Assembly: GCF_009914755.1 (NCBI RefSeq)
Contig: NC_060938.1
Length of the DNA: 64,000 nt
From: the human T2T-CHM13v2.0 reference genome, Homo sapiens
Direction: 5' to 3' (one strand)
The notes under the pieces were generated by a model. That model made no database searches and was not told the DNA's origin. It saw only the letters and a program-made list of their open reading frames with translations. A program made the position numbers and the translations under genes. How positions within the stretch are numbered: the first letter of the stretch is position 1; every line of letters begins with the position of its first letter. This document shows, in pieces, positions 53,990 through 64,000 of the stretch.

Positions 53990-56900
53990 TGTTGTCTTTA
54001 GTCTTTATACTGATTAGGCTGAGGCAGAGGAAGAAGAGGGGTTGATTTTGCTGTTACAGGGGTGGCAGAGGTGGAAGAAAATCTGTAAATAAGTAGATTT
54101 TCTGAACCCATGAAGTTCAAACCCATGTTATTCAAGGGTCAACGGTATGTTTTACTTATTCCTGTGGCTGTTTCCCTAGAATATGCATCTTTAACTTATT
54201 GATATCTAATATACATTAATACCTTTATACTCCTCCAGGAAAATACAGTGACTTCAGAATCCTTTGATTCCATTTACCCCTTCTTGACTTACGCTTTTAC
54301 TTTGATAGATCCTTAGCTTTTAAAGTCCAAACTAAATTTTCATTTTATGTAATATACCTTAAATTTTACCCATATATTTATCTCTTTTTTTGGCTTTTCT
54401 TTTTTTTCCTCGCATGTCAGACACTTATATCTGGAATCATTTTACCCTCTGCCTAAATTGTATCCTATAGAATTTGTTTTAAGAGGAGGGGTAGAAGGTC
54501 TGCAAGTTGGTGAAAACCCTGGTTTTTCTTAGTTTCAAAATGTCTTCATATAATTTCATTCTTGAGGAATATTTTATCTGAGTATAATATATTGGCAGAT
54601 GTTTTAACAGAGTAATGATGTTCCATTATTTTCTGGCATTCATTATTGCTGTTGAGAAGTAAGTCTTAAATGTAAAGACTTTGAAGCTAATGCATCTTCT
54701 GCTTCTCCTAAACCTGGCTGGTTTTAAGTTTTTCATTTGCATTTCCTATAGTTTCACTATGATGTGTCTAGGTGTGTATTTCTTTTTATTTATCACATAT
54801 TGAAATCCTTTGAGTTTGTAGTTGACATCTTTCATTAGCTATGGAAAATTTTTAGTAATCTCTATCCATTCTCTATTTCATTTTCTGGGACTTTAATCAC
54901 ATGTATTAATTACCTTTTTTTCTCTTGTGCTTGGTATTGGATTCTGGACAATTTCTTCTAACCTGTATTATAGGTGAGGTCCACGAATTCTCTCTTTAGT
55001 TGTGTATAATATATTGTTAAACTTGTTTTTTATATGGTTCTTCTTAGTATTTCTATTTTTCCCTAAATCTGTTATGTTATGGTGTTTTGTTTCTTTGTAT
55101 ACCTGTCTGTCTTTGAATGTTTGCTTACCATTGTATTTAAAACATGATTTTAAGGAAACATTTGAGACTTAGAATGGCATTATGGCATTTTCTTCCTCCA
55201 AAGGACATTTTTGTTAGAAACTGGGGTCTTTACTATTCAGAGACAGCTTTAATCTAAAGTTGAGGCGTGAGTTTCTCTGACTACCCTCGTGATAGAACCC
55301 AGACTAAAAGTCTGCATGAAAGTTGATTCCTTCCACCCACTTTTAATCTGAGGGTGTACCCCTGTGGTATTCCAGTTTATATATAATTGGGATGTATTAT
55401 CAGGCTCCACATCTCAGATAGATTCTGGGCTTAGATTTTTTGTCACCCTTGCCCCAAGAAATTGCCAAATCTGCAACTCAGAGTTGTAGTTGTTTTGGCA
55501 AACATACTGAGAACAAAGCATCTTTGAATAGTAGGCTTACCTTTTCTGGTACCTTGTCTTTTCTCAGATTTTGGCTCGTCTTTTCATCTTGTTAGCTCTG
55601 TGATGTTTTGACCATTGTTTTTCAAATTATATGTAGCTCTCAGTTGTCCTCAGCAAAGTTCCTAATGTTACCTAATTAGAAGCAGAAGTCATTATTGACT
55701 TTTAAGGAAACTGTTTCCATTTCTGTTTGCATCCCAGCTTTTATTGCATGCATACCAATTTCAACAATATCTTTGGGGTAGAGTAGGAGGATTTTTTTTT
55801 TCCATTGCATATCATATAAGTAACACTGTAAGTGCCCTCTCAAGACACCTTAGTTTGGGCATTATTTTGACAGTTTCCAAGGCTCCAGCATATATGTTCT
55901 TTTTTTAAAATAAGCAACCATTGATTGTTAATAAGTTCCACAGTTTTGATATCTATGAAGCACGGTACTAAGGTTTTTGTCCTTATTGTTGTTAAAAGCA
56001 TTCTTTTAAATATGTAATATCTGCTATTCCATCATATTTCAATATCTTGTGTAAGCATATGACAAAATGGTTTGAAAATCCCTGGTATACCATGTAGTTT
56101 GTTTTTAAAGAATAATGATGAAAGTGACCAAGTATCTTTCTATTATGCCCAGTAATTATCTTACCATACATTGTGCTATCACTACTTTCTGAAAATATAA
56201 CTTGAGAGGATTTTTAGCAAAAACTCAATGCTTGGTGATTCCTAAGTTACCCATAGCCTTCTCCATCGTCGGTAATAATTACATAATATTTTTAAAATCT
56301 GACTTTTTATTCAATAAATATTTTTAAAATTTGTAATGTTAGTGTTTGAGACCTAACAATTTAAAAAAGCAAAGTAGTAGTATGATTTAATTAATCATTA
56401 ATCTACCCGGGTGTCGAATTTAGGTCTTCTAGGTTTCTGCATGTCCAAACCACTGATTACAAGATAGAGAAGTAGCACATTTAATAATAACCTTAATCAT
56501 AGTGGCAGTTTACTCTTACAACAATAAATATATCTACATACTTAACCGATAGAATTCAAAGTATAAAGCACTTAAGGCAAATTTCATTCCAGTTTACATT
56601 TAGAATGATTGCTTGTATTTAAAAATGAATATTCATGTGTTGACAAGAAAACTAGATATGTCTTGTTCATAATCCTGATATTAATATGCTACATAAATTC
56701 AGTGTTAACCTATGAGATCATAGGATCATTGATCACTCCTAAGATTAAGGATGCCAGAAATAGTGTGGAAGTAACCATTTTGCTAAATGCCAACACTGAA
56801 GCCAAATTGCAGGTTTTGGCCAAATACTAAGGCTATAGCTGGACTTTGATGCATCTCTGGTAAGTGTTTTCTAGAATTATACTACTTTCATATGTTTTCT

Positions 56901-57005
56901 CTTTGGTTCTTTTGTTAATAATGTTGTACTATGAAGTAACAGTCATCATAGGCTTTTAAAAAGTATTCCAAAACATAATTTAAAATTGTTATCTTTTTAT
57001 CACAG

Positions 57006-57095
57006 AGTGTTCAAGCAAGCAGACTTTTAACTGATAAATTGTCATATAAAAGCAGTGTCATTACTTTACATCAACATAGCAGAACAAATTTTTGG
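57006..57095 (+). CDS. TTC6: Internal coding exon G (SVQASRLLTDKLSYKSSVITLHQHSRTNFW)
   Basis: tctttttatcacag acceptor, TGG|GTATGT donor; 90 nt open, phase 0-0; too short for the ORF track. Gene name tentative. Confidence 0.7.
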
Positions 57096-57188
57096 GTATG
57101 TACAATTTTTGTTCTTAATTAGGATTGTTTACTCTATCTGCCTACAGTCCAGATATTAATTATGGTAATTCCAGAAATTATTTCTTGG

Positions 57189-57437
57189 GGCCAGGCATGG
57201 TGGCTCATGTCTGTAATCCCGGCATTTTGGGAGTCTGAGGTGGGCAGATCACTTGAGGCCAGGAGTTACAGACCAGCCTGCCCAATATGGTGAAACCCCA
57301 TCTCTAGTAAAAAAACAAAAAAATTAGCTGGATGTGGTGGCACGTGCCTGTATCTCAGCTACTTAGGGGGCTGAGGTGGGAGGATGGTTTGAGCCCAGGA
57401 GATCGAGGGCAACAGTGGGAGACTGTCTCAAAAAAAA
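57189..57437 (+). mobile_element. Alu with deleted right arm
   Basis: Starts 94 nt after the exon G donor. Confidence 0.92.
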
Positions 57438-57846
57438 TTTTTTTTTTTCTTAGTACTTCTTCATTTTGGAAAATGGCTCAGACCATTCAGTGCTATCCTT
57501 GCTGAAGATACATTTCTACTTTCTCAAATATGCTGTTTTTATGACTGTTAGAAGATGTTATTCACTAATCAATAGCAGGATATTTGTTGTGAGTTTTTCT
57601 AACATTTCTAGTTTTTTCACTCATTCTTGTGTAGGTCTTCAATATCAAAGGAACATGTTTATGAGTCTTTGACTAAATGGAGAAACTGTGGCCATGAAGC
57701 AGAGTAAGACTGATTGCTTTAAACGGTGATCAGATGCATAATCATGACTTTTGGTATAACTAACTACAGTGTATCCAATGACCTGAACTTTATGGGGTAC
57801 AATTAGGACATGGTTTTATTTTTCTCTCACTAGTGCCTAATATAGT

Positions 57847-58142
57847 CTTTTCTTTTTGAGACAAAATCTCACTCCATCTACCAGGCTGGAGTACAGTGGT
57901 AAAATCATGGCTTACTGCAGCCTGGACCTCCCGGGCTCAAGTGATTCTCCCACCTCAGCCTCTTGAGTATCTGGGACTACAAGTGTGCACTACTATACAC
58001 AGCTAGTTTATTTTTTATTTTTTTAGAAATGGGGTCTCACTATGTTGCCCAGACTGGTCTCAAAACTCCTAGGCTTAAGTGATCCTCCTGCCTCAGCCTC
58101 CCAAACTGTTGGGATTGCAGGTGTAAGCCACTGGATCTGGTC
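57847..58142 (-). mobile_element. Alu (AluJ-like)
   Basis: Antisense dimeric Alu. Confidence 0.93.
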
Positions 58143-58744
58143 TAGATGTTTCTTTATTGCTGTTTGCATCATTATTGTGCTTAAGGACATGGAACATAGC
58201 ATTTTCTTTGTACTTTGCACTCTAGTTTAGTAGAGCTTTCCAACTCTTAATATAATAACACCAGTCTGGGTGTTATTATAGTAAGTGGTAACACTTGCGT
58301 GGTTTCCTGAACTAAAAGGTTGAGATTGCTCATGATTAGAGGTGACTGTCCAGGGGCTCCCACTAATGCAGCCCCAGGGTTAAGGGGATTCATGGCTCAG
58401 CATATCTGTCACACATTCACACACACCAGTGCCACCTACACCAGCTGGGTAGCTTTGCACTATACTACCTTGTACATAGCAGGTACTTGGTGTTTGTTAT
58501 ATCAAGTTGAATTTTTTAAAAAAACATAGTTTTTATTATTATACACTTTTCTACATTAATTCATAGATTTTAAGTTCTCTTCCTCTATATAAAGTCAGTG
58601 ACTTCAAACTCAGTATCTGTATTTTAATCAGTATTTCTGAATTTCATTAATTTACCTAAACAGTTATTAGCCAAGTATTATATATTTTAGCTTATCAGAT
58701 AGTATCTGTGACTAATGTATATTTTTCATTTGATTATTTCACAG

Positions 58745-58819
58745 TGTTTCTTACCAAGAAAATCTGCATCATTTGAAAGTATCCAAAAATGGTTTAGTGC
58801 ACAACCTACACAACTAAGG
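58745..58819 (+). CDS. TTC6: Internal coding exon H (CFLPRKSASFESIQKWFSAQPTQLR)
   Basis: attatttcacag acceptor, weak AGG|GTATTA donor; 75 nt open, phase 0-0. Gene name tentative. Confidence 0.65.
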
Positions 58820-59860
58820 GTATTATAATTTTACAGTTTTTACTCTCTAAAAGAAACATTTATATTCCTAGGAATAATAATCACCTTATTTTTTTTTAAA
58901 AGCATCTACTTCTATATTATATTCTCTAGTCTAATTACATATTGAGTTTTATATAGTTTCTTGAGATGGGGGAGTACAGTAAGTTGCAGATGGTCAATAT
59001 CTCTGTTGTACTTTAGTACATATCTTAAAGTACATAACTGGCTTGTATGAAATTATTATGTTTGAAATTTGGGCCAAAATTGACTATAAAGAACTACATC
59101 TGTATAACAAATTATTTATTAGCAAATGAAATGCATTTAACTTATTGACGATGGCTCAATAGGCAGGAAATGCTATATCAAAGGATTTAAAGTAATTTAT
59201 CTTGTGTAAGTAATGAGTATTAGAGTTTCAAGTATTAATGCATAATTATTAAAATTATATAATTATTAATGTTATAATAAATAATATTATTAAAAATTAA
59301 GCTGATTCTCTAATGATTAGATAAAATAAATACTGTAATAGGTTGGGATTCTGTTACTTCCTATTATAAATATTAAATTGAAAGTTATTATGGAGAATAT
59401 TTGAATGGTATTGTGTAGAAATTCAGTGTTGTTAAAGCGCTTTTGAAAGAAAACCCAAATTGATTTTTATGGAATAAGGCATTTTAACAGCTTTTGCCCC
59501 TTCTACCAGTTTTTTTGCATTAAATATAAAAGTACAGCATATAATTTATTTGGATATATAGAGAGCATTCTCTTTCAATTAAAATATAGAAAATCATAAT
59601 ACATATCTAATTTATAGTGCTGTTTACATATATCTAATGAAATGTCATATGACCAACCAAATTATTGTACTTTGCTTGAACTAACCCACTATTAACTTTA
59701 TCAGCTGACTTTTGAATAATTTTAAGAATACTGATTTTTAAACTTTTAAATTAAGTGACCAAACCACATTAATAGTAATTGTAACAGAATTAATTAATTT
59801 TGAATGCATAGCAACTAAATTGATTTTACGTTTTTTCTACCTCTTTGCTTGCTTACTAAG

Positions 59861-60240
59861 CGAGTAAAATCTTCTGTAGATTTGAGGAAGGAGAAGATCA
59901 TAGCTCCTTTGGAAATCAAGAATGATATGCAAAGCAGTATAAAAGAGGTTATGTTTCAGAAAGCAAAGGAATTGAAACGTCAGCTCCAGCTCACTAAGCA
60001 AAATAAAACTGAGGAGCCCAACTATGTGAAAGAAAGTATAGATGACATCTTTGATAACATGTGCGAAAAACACAGTTTGAGAAATCTCTCTTTGACTCTC
60101 ATTGAAGCGTCTAAAAAAGCTGGCATTAGTTACATTGTTTATCCCAAGAAAAAGAAGATGAGATGGAAGAAAAGATTGAAACAACAAAAACTTATATTCG
60201 TGCATGAAGAGTTATCCAAGCCTCCAAAATCTCTTGAAAG
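59861..60240 (+). CDS. TTC6: Coding exon I (RVKSSVDLRKEKIIAPLEIK...PKKKKMRWKKRLKQQK...ELSKPPKSLE)
   Basis: Long pyrimidine tract + TAAG acceptor; 380 nt open non-repeat frame; weak AG|GTCTTG donor at 60241, otherwise read-through to the stop at 60271. Gene name tentative. Confidence 0.8.
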
Positions 60241-60270
60241 GTCTTGTTTAAGTGATTTTCTTATAGTTTA

Positions 60271-60679
<409 letters not shown>

Positions 60680-60966
60680 GACAAACCCTCATTTAAAAAT
60701 ATATGGATATCTCTTAGTATAAGTATGTGAATGATTCAAATGATAATTTAAATAGGGGACTGATTTAAGGACATGAGGTAAGACTAAATCAATTTGATGG
60801 CTAACTGAAATCTTCCAGAAAGTAAAAAACCCAAACAAGTTATTTGAAGTGATTTAGTAACAAAAAACAACTCCTGCTCCACACAAATTCTACTCATTCA
60901 AAATAGATATTTAAGTATTTTTAAATTTTAAATTATTGAATTGAGTTATAAATCTAGATAATTTTG

Positions 60967-61277
<311 letters not shown>

Positions 61278-62360
61278 TTAATATTGTAAGCTCTTATTTA
61301 GGAATCAACACAGAAATAGTTTTTTCCTTACTTGAAAGTAATAGTAGCCAGTATATTTAAAATTATGTAGGGACCTGAAATAATAACCACTGAAATTCCA
61401 AATGTGTTCATTATTAAGTATTCAGGACATAACTTTCTTATAACAAACATATTGTGCAAAATAGTTTCCAAAAAGATCTGAGGTTTCTTTTTAGATATCC
61501 CCAGACATCACAAAATTTATTAAACTTGTGTCCTTTTGAAAAGTAAAGACTTTCCTGATGGTAAGAGAATAAAAAAAATTTTTCACTTTATAGTTATAAA
61601 GACTTGCTGTCTGTAAAAGAGTTAATTATTTCTTGAAATGGTGACTTATTGTCCTTGAGAAGACTGGGGCATAGTACTTCATAAGTGTGAATGACAGAGT
61701 GGAACAGAGGCCAACCATAGCGGAGAATGCCATTCAAGTCTCGTGTTCTCTGTATACTACATATGCTTAAGTTTTGTCTGCAACAAATACAGTATCTGGA
61801 AATTTTTTTGTTAGTTCATTTGTAGGAGACTGCAAGTAGGTTTTCTAAGTTGATAAATGTTTTAGATCAGAACCAGAAGTTTGCTTATACATTTTCAATA
61901 CATTTACTGATTTTAAAGTATTATGAATCTTCACCATCCTGGAAAGGGTAATGCACACAGCACCATTTTGGCCACAACCTAAATGACTTCTATCTAAAAA
62001 AAGGATATAAACTGATCAAATGCTGCTTCTGTGGGGTGTGGTCTTCTTACTGACCTTTTATCATTCTGAATATTATAAAGTTTTACCATTTAAAAAGATT
62101 TCTTTGCCTTCTAATAACTGACTCTGAAATTTGTATGTGCTGCCAATGGGTGTAACAGGAACCATAGGATGAACCTTTTGGTGGAGGCAGTAAAACAAAC
62201 TGTGGGAGTATTGTTAGTACAGCTTTCCTACCTTTTTAAAAAAATCTCAATTCAAACTAATTCACCACATATGAATGTAGATATGAATTGTTCAAAACTA
62301 ACAACTATGGAGCAACTTGAAAAATAATTTTGTTCCTATACTTTGAGACTTTTTTCCCAC

Positions 62361-62657
<297 letters not shown>

Positions 62658-63451
62658 TTTTCTCACTAATCTTAATTTGATAATTCACAGATGTGCTTCT
62701 TACCATTTTATGTCCAACCATAAAGGTTATTTCATCACACCCATTCTTGGCTGGCCTCCCTTAATGGTGGGAAGCAGACTGCGTATGTTCTTATACATCA
62801 AGTTGAATTATGGCTGTGGAAAGTCACTCCTGCAGAAAGCTACTGGAGCCATCTCACCCAGATTCATGCATTTCCTTTTATCTCCTTAGCCCTGTTGCTT
62901 CCCTCCTCAGCTAGGTCATGGTAGGTTGCCAAAGTTTGCAATAACTTCGCAGCTTCATTGTTTCTCTAGAAGTTTCCCTCTGCTTTGGTCTCTGAGCTCA
63001 GTGTTGACAGAGCAGCCTGAGGGTGTAGAGGAGACCTTCCTCAGTAGCTGGCTGACCCACAGTGACCTCTTCCTATTGATGAATAGTGGCTGCCTTGACT
63101 CCCTTGTACCCACTGCCTTACCTCCTATGTGGGCTTTTCTGAATTGCTAGCCTCTTGATCTCTACCAACGTTCTGTCTTCCAGGACTGAGTAATATTCTT
63201 CATCTGAGATCCAGGCTACCAGCCTGTTTGCCAATGGCGTTCCTATCCCTCTGAATGCATCTTCTTGTGCCCCTTTCTAGAATAATTGTCCTTAGTCTTA
63301 ACTCACTTGACCTGCTCCTGCGAGTGACCCTGTGGTCTCAGACCTGTTTTTCTTGGCTCATCTTGTGCTGCTGCATTCCTCAGAGAAGCAGAATTTATTT
63401 TCCTCCAAGCAGGAGTTGTTATGTTTTCCTTAGTTGTTTTATCCTTCCACT

Positions 63452-63785
<334 letters not shown>

Positions 63786-64000
63786 ATCAGGCCTATTTTG
63801 ACTTTCATTTATCACTCTGCTTCTCTAAAAGCTGGCAGCAGTGATGTTCTAGGAGCAAGAACTCTGGATCAGGAATTTGTATACATCCATATCCCAACCT
63901 TCATTCACTAGATCCTCAGTGACTAGGCCGAGCTACTTAATTTCCTTGAATATTTGTTTCCCCATCTAGAAGATGAATAGCCTATCCACATGATTTCTGA

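Overview
Primate (almost certainly human) AT-rich genomic DNA with no prokaryotic-type features. The window lies inside one + strand protein-coding gene. I assembled nine internal exons (1249-1359, 3849-4055, 17809-17927, 22423-22617, 35743-35884, 45984-46088, 57006-57095, 58745-58819, 59861-60240) with GT-AG boundaries. Their phases chain into one open frame of 1424 nt (~474 aa, Lys/Glu-rich, with two NLS-like basic clusters and no recognisable domain). From memory this best fits the N-terminal, non-TPR part of TTC6, which is tentative and needs BLAST. Most of the remainder is transposon-derived: a full-length sense-strand L1MA-type element with TSDs, a long L1MC element splitting a Charlie1 DNA transposon, about 23 Alus, MaLR/ERVL LTRs, Tigger/MER elements, and L2/L3/MIR relics. 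Nearly all ORFs in the supplied track are repeat-derived noise. The most notable items are a polyadenylated H/ACA snoRNA (SNORA42/80 family) retrocopy inside an L1, a tailless 5S rRNA 5' fragment, a near-perfect 89-bp duplication inside an ancient L1, three template-switch-type perfected hairpins, unusually weak splice signals with a read-through stop after the last exon, and candidate endoderm-enhancer and CTCF motifs. I do not see convincing evidence of a wholly new biological system. Repeat subfamily names come from recalled consensus sequences and repeat boundaries are approximate.
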